Positions 1 through 8,495 are shown, numbered from the stretch's first letter. The stretch is 24,000 nt of DNA from Companilactobacillus musae (GCF_003967595.1 NZ_BIFW01000003.1:52468-76467), one strand, 5' to 3'. The notes: generated by a model from the letters alone, not told the origin. Made by a program: numbers and translations.

Positions 1-533
1 ATGGTAAAACAACGCATATAGCAAGTTTTGACGACTATCTTGCTACAGCAACAAAACTGCATCAAAAATTACTAGTAGAGTTAAAGGATGTCTCTGGTAA
101 CAAACCTGATTTTGTGAGTCTCTTTGCCAAACGTTATGGAAAAGGACTTGCCAAGAATAAAGCCATGGTTCATTCATTAGATTACGACTACATTGAAAAT
201 ACTAAAAAGTTATTACCCAAAATAGACACCAGTTATATCCTACCGTTTAATTTATTCGGAGTTCCTTACACAAACTCCAATGCCTTCACAATGGAATATA
301 CGACGCTAAACGATTCTTTCATCGATCAAGCACATCTCCAACAAAAAAAGGTTTACGCTTGGACTGTCAATGATACATCCGATATGGATCATATGATTTT
401 TATGGATTCCGACGGTATTATTACTGATAATCTCAGTGACCTTCAAGATGAAATACATACACTTTTCAAAGATTCCAGCTACTCTAAGCGTATGACTATC
501 TACGTTACACAAATGCAAGATCCGTTTGAATAA
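1..533 (+). CDS. Glycerophosphodiester phosphodiesterase (GDPD) family protein, C-terminal part; 5' end lies outside the window
   Basis: Frame 3 has no stop from nt 3 to the TAA at 531-533, so the 139-aa track ORF is only the tail of a longer protein. The C-terminal KKVYAWTVND...DGIITDN block is typical of GDPD domains. Confidence 0.65.
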   Translation, partial: GKTTHIASFDDYLATATKLHQKLLVELKDVSGNKPDFVSLFAKRYGKGLAKNKAMVHSLDYDYIENTKKLLPKIDTSYILPFNLFGVPYTNSNAFTMEYTTLNDSFIDQAHLQQKKVYAWTVNDTSDMDHMIFMDSDGIITDNLSDLQDEIHTLFKDSSYSKRMTIYVTQMQDPFE

Positions 534-535
534 AA

Positions 536-581
536 TAAAAAGAGAGAAAATTCTAAAATTTCAGAATTTTCTCTCTTTTTA
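536..581. terminator. Bidirectional rho-independent terminator between the convergent GDPD gene and kdgK
   Basis: A 14-bp perfect stem (541-554 AGAGAGAAAATTCT pairs with 563-576 AGAATTTTCTCTCT) with an 8-nt loop. An A-run lies upstream and TTTTT downstream, so it works on both strands. Confidence 0.8.
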
Positions 582-596
582 TTAAAAATATATTTT

Positions 597-1613
597 TTAA
601 CGATTCATTGCAGAAGCGCCACCCATATTATTTAAAATCTCATCTTCACTTACTAAGTTTAAATCACCAGAAACAGTTAACTTCAATACACTAGCTGAAA
701 TAGCATAGTTAACTTGTTTTTGACCATCATAATTGTGTAGGAATCCATGAATCAAACCTGCACCAAAGGCATCACCACTAGCTACACCTTCATATACGTG
801 CATATTGTAGATTGGACTTTCGTAGAATTTGTTATCTCTCAATGATAATGCAGACCATTGACTGTCTTCTACTGAATGAATATTTCTAAGGATACTTGCA
901 ACGGTATGGCAATTTGGATATTGACTTACTACCTTACGCATTCCTTCTTTAAAGCTTTCCTTTTGATCAATTCCATGTTCCATATCACCATCAAAAGCTT
1001 TTATACCAAGACTTGATTCAAAATCTTCATCATTTGCTAAACAAACATTCACATAAGGCATAACCTTCTTAGAAAATGCTTGAGCCTCTTCAGGAGTCCA
1101 CATCTTACCACGATAATTAGTATCGAAAACAACTGTAATATTATGTTCCTTGCAATATTTAACGGCTGTCAAGATTGCCTTTTTTAATTCTGTAGAAATA
1201 GCAGCAGTAATACCTGAGAAATAGAAGTAATCAACTCCATCAAGTAATTTTTCCCAATCAAAATCTTCTGCCTTTGATTCAGAGAATGAACTGTTAGCAC
1301 GATCATAAACTACGTTAGTACCACGAACACTGGCACCTTTTTCAAAGAAGTAAATTCCCAAACGTGATCCACCACGTAAAACGTTACTTGTATCGACACC
1401 AAATTTACGTAAAGTTCCTAGAGCGGAGTCTCCTAACAAGTTATTTGGAAATTTTGTAACATAAGCTGCATTATCTCCTTGTAAAGATAGTGAAACTGAA
1501 ACATTTGCTTCAGCGCCACCATAAGTAGCTTCAAACGCATCTGACTGTAGGATTCTCTTATTTTCAGCTGGCTTTAAACGTAACATCATTTCACCAAAAG
1601 TTAATACTTTCAT
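597..1613 (-). CDS. kdgK: PfkB-family sugar kinase, 2-dehydro-3-deoxygluconokinase-like
   Basis: 338-aa ORF. The N-terminus MKVLTFGEMMLRL and the C-terminal GxGDAFxAG anion-hole motif (ASGDAFGAGLIHG) are typical of KdgK-type ribokinase-fold kinases. It sits next to eda. RBS GGGAGAG lies upstream of the ATG. Confidence 0.75.
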   Translation of the reverse strand: MKVLTFGEMMLRLKPAENKRILQSDAFEATYGGAEANVSVSLSLQGDNAAYVTKFPNNLLGDSALGTLRKFGVDTSNVLRGGSRLGIYFFEKGASVRGTNVVYDRANSSFSESKAEDFDWEKLLDGVDYFYFSGITAAISTELKKAILTAVKYCKEHNITVVFDTNYRGKMWTPEEAQAFSKKVMPYVNVCLANDEDFESSLGIKAFDGDMEHGIDQKESFKEGMRKVVSQYPNCHTVASILRNIHSVEDSQWSALSLRDNKFYESPIYNMHVYEGVASGDAFGAGLIHGFLHNYDGQKQVNYAISASVLKLTVSGDLNLVSEDEILNNMGGASAMNR

Positions 1614-1651
1614 TGATTACACTCTCCCTATATACAAACCCAATTTAGTAC

Positions 1652-1715
1652 AAAAAAAGTCACGATCACTTATCCTCATAACCATTGGTAACAACGAAGA
1701 TTTGGTTTCATGACT
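1652..1715 (-). terminator. Long imperfect hairpin plus T7 run (minus strand) between eda and kdgK; possible terminator or attenuator
   Basis: On the minus strand AGTCATGA (1715-1708) pairs with TCGTGACT (1665-1658, one G-U pair) around a ~42-nt structured interior, followed by TTTTTTT (1658-1652). No convincing sigma-A promoter lies between it and the kdgK start, so its function is uncertain. Confidence 0.3.
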
Positions 1716-1733
1716 TAATTTCTATAAAGACAA

Positions 1734-2387
1734 CTATTTTTTAATTATCTCTTCAAACTTCTTATGAAATGCCTCGGCATTATCCTTAATTTCATCGTAT
1801 TTATCATCTTTACCTGGTCCAACCAAGCTACCACCGACACCAACTACAAAGGCCCCATTGTCAAACCATTCGTTCATATTATCCAATGAAACGCCACCGC
1901 TAGGCATGATATTAGCGTATGGGAATGGTCCTTGAATTTCTTTGATTACACCTTTACCAGCAATTGATCCTGGGAAAATCTTTATCAAATCTGATCCATA
2001 TGTTAAAGCACTTTGAACCTCAGTTGGTGTAAAGCAACCTGGTACATAAGGAACATTATATAAATTACACAATTTAGCTGTTTCAGAATTAAAAGAAGGA
2101 CTTACAATAAACTTTGCACCAGCAATAATAGCAATTCTAGCTGTCGGAGCATCAAGAACTGTTCCTGCACCAACAACAACTTTATCGTCTTCTGAAAATT
2201 CATCGCTTAAATGTTTAATTGTTGTATCAGCATTAGGTGAAGTAAATGCTAATTCAATAGCCTTAACTCCTCCGTCAATACATGCCTTAGATATTTTATA
2301 AGAATTCTCTTCACTATATCCTCTAACAACAGCAACTACACCATTTTTTTGAACGTTTTTTAATGCTTCATATTTAAGTAATGTCAT
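1734..2387 (-). CDS. eda: 2-dehydro-3-deoxyphosphogluconate (KDPG) / 4-hydroxy-2-oxoglutarate aldolase, Eda class I type
   Basis: 217-aa ORF with Eda/KdgA-type blocks (VVAVVRG, IELAFTSP, GAGTVLD, FIVSP, PGCFTPTE, KIFPG, MPSGGV). Its ATG directly abuts the stop of the upstream kinase (TAAATG), and the RBS GAGGAA lies inside that gene's end. Confidence 0.85.
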   Translation of the reverse strand: MTLLKYEALKNVQKNGVVAVVRGYSEENSYKISKACIDGGVKAIELAFTSPNADTTIKHLSDEFSEDDKVVVGAGTVLDAPTARIAIIAGAKFIVSPSFNSETAKLCNLYNVPYVPGCFTPTEVQSALTYGSDLIKIFPGSIAGKGVIKEIQGPFPYANIMPSGGVSLDNMNEWFDNGAFVVGVGGSLVGPGKDDKYDEIKDNAEAFHKKFEEIIKK

Positions 2388-3344
2388 TTATTCCTCAACC
2401 TCATTTTCTAAATAATATTTATTTAATTCTTCTCTAGTCGGATAGCCATCGTTATCTCCATGCGTTTGAACTTGTAAAGATCCAATCGCATTTCCACGTC
2501 TAGCAGCTTGATTATACCCTTTTCCTTCAAGCAATGCCGTAATAACTCCTAATGCATATCCATCTCCAGCTCCAACGGTATCTACAACTTCGGAAACTTC
2601 GAAGCCTGGAACAATCCAACTATGACCATCTTTTGTTTTTACATATGACCCTTTAGGACCTATTTTTACAAAAACAGCTTTTGCCCGACCATTTAAATAA
2701 AAATCAGCTATTTTTTCTGGATCATCAGAACCTGTCAAAATTTTTCCTTCATCCTGTCCAGGTAAAACAATATCCGCATAAGATGCCAAACGATTTATTG
2801 TTTTAATCATTGTTTCCTTATTTGGCCACAAATCTGGTCTCAAATTAGGATCAAAAGTTAGCGTTATTCTCTTTTTGTTAAGCATTTTTGCTAAAAGAAT
2901 ACTTGTTTCTAATGTCTTTTTTGACTTCGATGGAAAAATCCCCGTTAAATGAGCTATTTTTAAATCACTCATATCAATAGAATCAATAACACTAGAGTCA
3001 ATATTTGATGCAGCTGAATTTTTTCTAAAATTAAAAACATCTGGATCCCCATGACTAATCAATTGTTTCATTTGATACCCAGTCATATATTTATCTGTTC
3101 CCAGTAAATATTTAGTACTAATTTTTCTTTTATTCAATTCATTTCTTATAAAGTCCCCTTGTGGATCATCTCCAACTTGACCGATATAGTCCACAGAATG
3201 TCCTAATCGCCTTACTCCAACAGATACATTTAGTTCTGCCCCACCAAAAACCTTATTAAAATGAACGGAATCAGAAATAGTTTTATCAACATCTGTAGAA
3301 CAGAACACCACAAGCGGTTCTCCAATGGTTAAAAACTCACTCAT
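2388..3344 (-). CDS. Second PfkB-family sugar kinase (KDG-kinase-like paralogue)
   Basis: PfkB signatures GGAELNVSVG and DTVGAGDGYALG. The track start at 3353 is a GTG. The ATG at 3344 (MSEFLTIGEP...) has AAGGTGG 5 nt upstream, so I call that as the start. Confidence 0.75.
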   Translation of the reverse strand: MSEFLTIGEPLVVFCSTDVDKTISDSVHFNKVFGGAELNVSVGVRRLGHSVDYIGQVGDDPQGDFIRNELNKRKISTKYLLGTDKYMTGYQMKQLISHGDPDVFNFRKNSAASNIDSSVIDSIDMSDLKIAHLTGIFPSKSKKTLETSILLAKMLNKKRITLTFDPNLRPDLWPNKETMIKTINRLASYADIVLPGQDEGKILTGSDDPEKIADFYLNGRAKAVFVKIGPKGSYVKTKDGHSWIVPGFEVSEVVDTVGAGDGYALGVITALLEGKGYNQAARRGNAIGSLQVQTHGDNDGYPTREELNKYYLENEVEE

Positions 3345-3413
3345 TTTGTCCACCTTTTATAAATAAATAAAAAATCTCCCTGAAGATTTTGACTCCAAGA
3401 AGATTCCTTATAA

Positions 3414-4751
3414 TTACAATCCTTTCTTGATTTGTTTTCTATTCCAGAACATCATTCCGGCCACAATAATTGTAAGAATGGCTGCACCAATAATTGGTAG
3501 ATTTACAGTTCCTTCATATACTATCCATGCTAATGGACTAGCAGCAAAATCAATACTTGCGACTGATGAAGTTCCAGCAGGAATCAAGCTAGATTCAACG
3601 ATTCTTACAGCTTTAGTAAATATACCAGCTAAGGCAGTTGCTGAAAGAACACCTAATACCAAACTAACAATACCTACTAATAATGTCTTTAAAACATTTC
3701 CCTTAGTATATGGAAGTACTAATGGGAAGATATAAATTAATCCAGATAGACTGGCCAATGGTAGGAATTCGTTACCAGGAATAACAACAGATAGGAACAA
3801 GATAATAGGAATTAATAGTAAACTAGCAACCAATGTAACAGGATGTCCAATTACTAAAGCTGGAGTCATACCAATATTGAATTCTCTATCTTTAAATCTG
3901 TTCTTAATAATTTCTTGTGTACGTTTTGAAATTGGTGATAATCCTTCGATGAATAATCCAGTGATCTTAGGGATCAATACCATAACGGCGGCTAGAATAA
4001 CACCTAATTGTAAAATCTTGGCAACTGGATAATGTGCCAAAGCACCAATCAACATACCAATAATTACACCTAAAACAATTGGATCACCTAAAACACCGAA
4101 TTTCTCTTTCATTTTATCAGCATCGATATCTACCTTATTAAGTCCAGGAATACGATCTACAATCCAATTTACAATAACTGCAAATGGAATAAAGCTGACA
4201 CAAAACGCTTGCGGGATAGAAATTCCCTCTAGATCTTTACCATAAAATGCTTCAACCTTCTTTTGAGATCTATCTGCACCAACTAAAGTAACAATAATAG
4301 TTATAACAGCAGCGAATAATCCCCACCAGAAGTTCTTGGTAGCAAAGTAAACAATTGAACCAATAAAAGCAAAGTGCCAATAGTTCCAAAGGTCAATATT
4401 CAATGTCTTTGTAGTTCCAATAACTAACATCAAGACATTAACCAATAGACCTAATGGAATAATAATTGCACCTACTGATGTGGCAAAAGCAACTTGTGAA
4501 GCAGCAGGCCAACCAATATCCAATGTATATAAGTGTAGATGATAAGTTTTTACCATCGCATTAACAGCAGGTCCAATGTTATCTGATAACAATTGAGTAA
4601 CTACACTCAAACCGACAAATCCAACACCGACTTTAAGACCTGAAACTAATGATTTTCCCCAACCCATTCCGATAAGTAGACCAAGAATCAGAAAGATGAT
4701 TGGCATCATTACACTAGCACCTAAAGACATAATGTAATTTATTACAGCCAT
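3414..4751 (-). CDS. PTS galactitol-family EIIC (GatC-like) membrane permease; no cognate EIIA or EIIB in the window
   Basis: 445-aa polytopic ORF. Blocks recalled from E. coli GatC are conserved: DIGWPAAS (GatC DVGWPGSS), NIDLWNYWH (NVDIWNIWH), LEGISIPQ (LEGIAIPH), GMTPALVIGH (GLDPALLLGH), IPGNEFLP (VPGNQVLP). RBS AAGGGGGG. Confidence 0.8.
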   Translation of the reverse strand: MAVINYIMSLGASVMMPIIFLILGLLIGMGWGKSLVSGLKVGVGFVGLSVVTQLLSDNIGPAVNAMVKTYHLHLYTLDIGWPAASQVAFATSVGAIIIPLGLLVNVLMLVIGTTKTLNIDLWNYWHFAFIGSIVYFATKNFWWGLFAAVITIIVTLVGADRSQKKVEAFYGKDLEGISIPQAFCVSFIPFAVIVNWIVDRIPGLNKVDIDADKMKEKFGVLGDPIVLGVIIGMLIGALAHYPVAKILQLGVILAAVMVLIPKITGLFIEGLSPISKRTQEIIKNRFKDREFNIGMTPALVIGHPVTLVASLLLIPIILFLSVVIPGNEFLPLASLSGLIYIFPLVLPYTKGNVLKTLLVGIVSLVLGVLSATALAGIFTKAVRIVESSLIPAGTSSVASIDFAASPLAWIVYEGTVNLPIIGAAILTIIVAGMMFWNRKQIKKGL

Positions 4752-4789
4752 GTTTTACCCCCCTTAGAGCATCTATGACATTTATTGAA

Positions 4790-5617
4790 TTAACGTACTA
4801 AATATCCACCATCAACAGGAATAATTGCACCATTGATATAAGCAGCAGCATCACTTGCTAAGAATACTGCAGGTCCCATCAATTCATATGGTTCTGCCCA
4901 GTGACCCATAGGAATTCTTCCAAGAATTTCATCGTTACGTGACTTATCTGCACGAATTGGAGCAGTATTTTCAGTCTTAATGTATCCAGGTGCAATGGCA
5001 TTAACAGTAACGTTATAAGCACCCATTTCTGATGCAAATGCTTTTGTCAAACCAGCAACACCATGTTTTGAAGCTGTGTATGAAGGGATAAACTTACCAC
5101 CTTGGAATGAAAGCATTGAACCAATATTGATAATTCTTCCTGATTTTTGTTCAGCATATACTTTTGAAACTTCTAGTGATAAGTGATATACGGCGTTCAA
5201 GTTAATATTAATTACTCGATCCCAATCCTCATCTTTTGATTCCAAAATTGGATTACGTTTGATCATACCAGCATTATTTACCAAGATATCAATATGTCCA
5301 AATTTATCAATTGCAGTATCTACAACTTTTTTAGCAGCACCAGGAGCAGTCAAATCCAAATCCATAAATTCTACTTTTTGACCAAGACTTTCGATTAGTT
5401 CACGTGTGTTGTCCCATTCCTTTTTACCAAATGTAGGAATAAAAATATCAGCACCCGCTCTAGCCATAGCAATTGCATAACCTTGTCCTAAGCCCGTGTT
5501 TCCACCAGTAATGATAGCAACTTTACCTTTTAGACTAAACTTACTCATACCAAAATTATTTTTTAGTTCCTCTTCGTGTTGACGAATTTCTTCTGCTGTT
5601 TCATGAATTTCTGACAT
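4790..5617 (-). CDS. kduD: SDR-family 2-dehydro-3-deoxy-D-gluconate 5-dehydrogenase (KduD-like) with a 23-aa acidic N-terminal extension
   Basis: GKVAIITGGNTGLGQGYA cofactor loop, NNAG, and the S...YxxxK catalytic motif (YTASK). Strong RBS AGGAGGA lies 7 nt before the ATG at 5617. The internal ATG at 5548 has no RBS. Confidence 0.8.
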   Translation of the reverse strand: MSEIHETAEEIRQHEEELKNNFGMSKFSLKGKVAIITGGNTGLGQGYAIAMARAGADIFIPTFGKKEWDNTRELIESLGQKVEFMDLDLTAPGAAKKVVDTAIDKFGHIDILVNNAGMIKRNPILESKDEDWDRVININLNAVYHLSLEVSKVYAEQKSGRIINIGSMLSFQGGKFIPSYTASKHGVAGLTKAFASEMGAYNVTVNAIAPGYIKTENTAPIRADKSRNDEILGRIPMGHWAEPYELMGPAVFLASDAAAYINGAIIPVDGGYLVR

Positions 5618-5644
5618 TTCAGAATCCTCCTAAAAGTTTTTGCA

Positions 5645-5673
5645 TTTCTTAATAAGAAACCTCATTTCTTATT
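5645..5673. promoter_or_regulatory. TTTCTT/AAGAAA inverted-repeat array; candidate operator (IclR/KdgR-type) in the kduD leader
   Basis: TTTCTT(5645-5650)-AAT-AAGAAA(5654-5659)-CCTCA-TTTCTT(5665-5670). The larger 9-bp perfect inverted repeat is AATAAGAAA (5651-5659) / TTTCTTATT (5665-5673). It lies just downstream of the candidate kduD promoter. Confidence 0.35.
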
Positions 5674-5682
5674 TATGAATAA

Positions 5683-5711
5683 AGTGTAAATCATTATTTC
5701 TCCATTTGCAA
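5683..5711 (-). promoter_or_regulatory. Candidate sigma-A promoter of the kduD operon
   Basis: On the minus strand: TTGCAA (5711-5706), 17-bp spacer, TACACT (5688-5683). The -35 hexamer is itself palindromic. Confidence 0.4.
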
Positions 5712-5755
5712 GCCCTTTCATATTTTTTACTAATCTGATATAGTCCAATATTAGG

Positions 5756-5761
5756 TATAAT
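5756..5761 (+). promoter_or_regulatory. Candidate -10 box (TATAAT) for the IclR regulator gene
   Basis: Perfect TATAAT 23 nt upstream of the ATG at 5784, with RBS AGAGAGG between them. No good -35 at 17 bp. Confidence 0.3.
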
Positions 5762-5783
5762 GTAAGAAAAGAGAGGCATTATA

Positions 5784-6539
5784 ATGGCTGAAAAACATCT
5801 ATATGGCACCGTTTTGCTGAAGGCAAAGGAAATCTTAGACTTTATTTCCAATTCAAAAACTGCACCTGGGTTAAAAGAAATTAGTATGAATGTTGAAATT
5901 TCTAAACCCACTGTTCTTAAAATCTTACAAACTCTTGAATATTGTGGATTTGTAAGATCATATGGGACTATAAAGAAGTATTACTTAGGTACTATATTTT
6001 TGAAATATGGCGATCAAGTCGCTCAAGAATTTGATTTAGTTAAGATAGCGACCCCATTCTTAAATGATTTACGGGACAAAACTACAGAAGCAGTCAATCT
6101 TGGCATCGTTGAAGATGATAAAGTAGTACTTTTAGCCAGAGCTAAAAGTACTAATAGTATTCATTTTGATTTGGAATTGGGTGGTGCTATGGATATGTAC
6201 TCTTCTGCAATGGGAAAGGCCATTCTGGCACATTATCCAGATGATAAATTAATTGACTATCTTAATAAAACACCTCTTAAACCTAAGACCCCAAATACTA
6301 TTGTTACTCGTGAAGATTTTCTGAATAATATTACTGAAATAAAAAAAGATGGTTACGCCATCGATGATATTGAAAATCAGGAAGGCGTCTATTGTATTGG
6401 ATTTCCACTGATCAAGGGAAATCAAATCTTTGGTGGATTTAGCATTAGTGCTCCTGTATTTAGAATTGACGATAAGAAACGTCAAGAATGGATTGAATAT
6501 GGTTTACAAACTGAAAGAAAAATTTTGAGTAATTTTTAG
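5784..6539 (+). CDS. IclR-family transcriptional regulator (KdgR-like), divergent from the kduD operon
   Basis: 251 aa. N-terminal winged-helix region (LKEISMNVEISKPTVLKILQTLEYCGFV) followed by an IclR effector-binding domain (GKAILA, GVYCIGFP). Position and orientation match KDG-regulon repressors. Confidence 0.85.
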   Translation: MAEKHLYGTVLLKAKEILDFISNSKTAPGLKEISMNVEISKPTVLKILQTLEYCGFVRSYGTIKKYYLGTIFLKYGDQVAQEFDLVKIATPFLNDLRDKTTEAVNLGIVEDDKVVLLARAKSTNSIHFDLELGGAMDMYSSAMGKAILAHYPDDKLIDYLNKTPLKPKTPNTIVTREDFLNNITEIKKDGYAIDDIENQEGVYCIGFPLIKGNQIFGGFSISAPVFRIDDKKRQEWIEYGLQTERKILSNF

Positions 6540-6545
6540 CAAACT

Positions 6546-6580
6546 CATATCGTTATAACGATGTGAATTTGCTTTTTTTG
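6546..6580 (+). terminator. Rho-independent terminator of the IclR gene
   Basis: Hairpin CATATCGTTA/TAACGATGTG (6546-6565, one G-U pair), followed by AATTTGCTTTTTTT. Confidence 0.6.
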
Positions 6581-6582
6581 TA

Positions 6583-6624
6583 CAAAAAAGTAGCAACCCA
6601 AGTATTTATACTTAAATTGCTACT
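6583..6624 (-). terminator. Rho-independent terminator closing the nine-gene operon
   Basis: AGTAGCAA (6589-6596) pairs with TTGCTACT (6617-6624), with an inner AAGTAT/ATACTT stem. On the minus strand it is followed by TTTTTT. It starts 11 nt after the stop of the last gene. Confidence 0.7.
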
Positions 6625-6634
6625 TTTCATAACT

Positions 6635-7372
6635 TTATCCCAATACCTTTTTAACAATTTCATACAACTTCTTAACATCCTCTGGTCTAGTTAAGCCGTC
6701 ATCACCAATGATTGAACTATATACATGAGGAATAATCTTCTTAACTCCGGCATCAACCGCAATTTGTAGAATTTCTTCAAAGTTATCTAAGTCAATTCCA
6801 CCAGTTGGTTCCAAATTAAAGTCATATTTAGCACAAGCTTCAGCTACGGCTTTGAACTCTACCTCATGTTTCAAACCACCCATTGGGAAGAATTTAATTG
6901 CTGTTCCACCCATATCTTTTAATAAGGCAATGGCTGTTTCAATTGGAACTTCAGCAGCAGGTTGTTGACTGCTTAAAGGACCTGTAGCAATATTTACCAA
7001 GCCTACTTTTCCGGTTGGTGAAACTAATCCATTAATAACTGTTTCATCTTCACCTAACAAAGCACGTGATGTTCCAACACCTGTAAATACTTGATTGACA
7101 TGTTGTGGTTTCAAAACTTTTGATACGCGGCTAACCATTTGACTTTGCTTGGGATCACCAGCGCCTAAACCAACTGAAATAGCATTTTCAACTTCTGCTT
7201 GATACTTCTTCATATCTTCAATGGCAGCTTCGTCTGTATCATAATTTTTTGTCAAAACTCCGACTACTGTGTGACCTTCAGCTGCGGCATAAATATCTTT
7301 AGCATTCTCCACAGAACCTGCAAGTACATTAATAGCAACTCTATCTTTATAATAATTAGGAATTAGTTTCAT
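6635..7372 (-). CDS. KDGP-aldolase family protein (former DUF1341); not homologous to Eda
   Basis: 245 aa. I recognise the blocks NVLAGS..NA..IY.AAEGH..VGVL.KNY, VGLGAGDP.QS.MV, PQHVNQVFTG, FPMGGLKH and EPTGGIDL.N as this family. It is the last gene of the operon. Confidence 0.7.
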   Translation of the reverse strand: MKLIPNYYKDRVAINVLAGSVENAKDIYAAAEGHTVVGVLTKNYDTDEAAIEDMKKYQAEVENAISVGLGAGDPKQSQMVSRVSKVLKPQHVNQVFTGVGTSRALLGEDETVINGLVSPTGKVGLVNIATGPLSSQQPAAEVPIETAIALLKDMGGTAIKFFPMGGLKHEVEFKAVAEACAKYDFNLEPTGGIDLDNFEEILQIAVDAGVKKIIPHVYSSIIGDDGLTRPEDVKKLYEIVKKVLG

Positions 7373-7387
7373 CTTTATATAAGCTCC

Positions 7388-8494
7388 TTAGTCCTTTTGA
7401 ATTTCTTGTAATCTATTTACAATTGCTTTCATTTCATTCGCATCAACTGCACGAATGTCAAATTCAATAATACCTTCGTTTGCTCTGTATTCACGTGTAT
7501 AAATAGCAGGATCGCCTTGCTTTAATTCTTTAGTTACTTCTTTAGCGTCTTTCTTAGAAGTTTCTTTAACGGTCACGGCTGCACGATAAATTTCACGACC
7601 TGCACCATCTTGAACTTCCTTAGCCTCAATATCAGGAACCTCATTTAAATCTTTTAAGAATGGTGCTAATCTTTGACGCATATGTTCACCATCTTCTGGT
7701 CCAATCTTGAGATAGCGTTCAATTGCCGCAGTTAAACCTAAGATATTTTCCTTACCGATCTTCATGGCACGGCCAATACCTTTCTTTTGTAGACGAATCC
7801 AATTAATATACTTAGCTTTACCATAAACTAAGCCTGATGCTGGTCCTTCTAGTGCTTTGGCACCACTAAAGATAATAATATCTACGCCTAGATCCAAATA
7901 TTTCTTCATATCTTCTTCTGCAGCAGCATCAAGAATCAATGGCAAATTATTTTTATGAGCTACTTCTACAGCTTCTTTGACGGATAGCATACTCTTTTGA
8001 ACTGTGTGGTGACTCTTTACATAAAGTACTGCTGCTGTTTTATCAGTTATCATCATTTCAATATGTTCTGGGGTACACATATTAGCATAGCCAGCTTCGA
8101 CAACATGTCCTCCACCAAGACTAATCATTACTTCTTCTGGAGTACCATAGTCGACATTGTGACCTTTAGGCATAATGATTTCACGTTTTTCAAAACGTGG
8201 ATCATTTGCATGATAAACATGATACATACTCCCCTGACCAATTAGAGCTGCAACAGACATTGCAATACCAGCTGAAGCCGAATTTACGACGATTGCATCT
8301 TCTGCACCCAATAATTTTGCTAAATGTTTTCCAGTTTGAACGTCCAAATCTGCCATTTCAAAGAAATGTGTATCACCAAATTGTTGAGCATCAATAACAT
8401 CTTCAGGCACTTGTGAAACACCCAAAATTGTCATCTTACCACTAGCATTAATAACCTTCTTTAATCCATATTCACTGTAAATATCTTCAGCCAA
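7388..8494 (-). CDS. DgaE/SelA-like pyridoxal-phosphate-dependent ammonia-lyase (D-glucosaminate-6-phosphate ammonia-lyase family)
   Basis: GLKKVINASGKMTILGVS N-terminal block and the PLP-lysine motif FSGAKALEGP. The track start at 8530 is a TTG inside the upstream gene. The TTG at 8494 sits 1 nt after that gene's TAA and 8 nt after GGAGG, giving MAEDIYSEYGLKKV. An alternative ATG lies at 8521. Confidence 0.75.
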   Translation of the reverse strand: MAEDIYSEYGLKKVINASGKMTILGVSQVPEDVIDAQQFGDTHFFEMADLDVQTGKHLAKLLGAEDAIVVNSASAGIAMSVAALIGQGSMYHVYHANDPRFEKREIIMPKGHNVDYGTPEEVMISLGGGHVVEAGYANMCTPEHIEMMITDKTAAVLYVKSHHTVQKSMLSVKEAVEVAHKNNLPLILDAAAEEDMKKYLDLGVDIIIFSGAKALEGPASGLVYGKAKYINWIRLQKKGIGRAMKIGKENILGLTAAIERYLKIGPEDGEHMRQRLAPFLKDLNEVPDIEAKEVQDGAGREIYRAAVTVKETSKKDAKEVTKELKQGDPAIYTREYRANEGIIEFDIRAVDANEMKAIVNRLQEIQKD

Positions 8495-8495
8495 T

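Noticed and set aside
3371-3390. AAAATCT-CCCTGA-AGATTTT hairpin plus T-run (minus strand) between the EIIC gene and the downstream kinase, considered as an internal terminator
   Set aside because: The 7-bp stem is almost entirely A/T and would be very weak. The downstream kinase has no independent promoter, so read-through within one operon is more likely.
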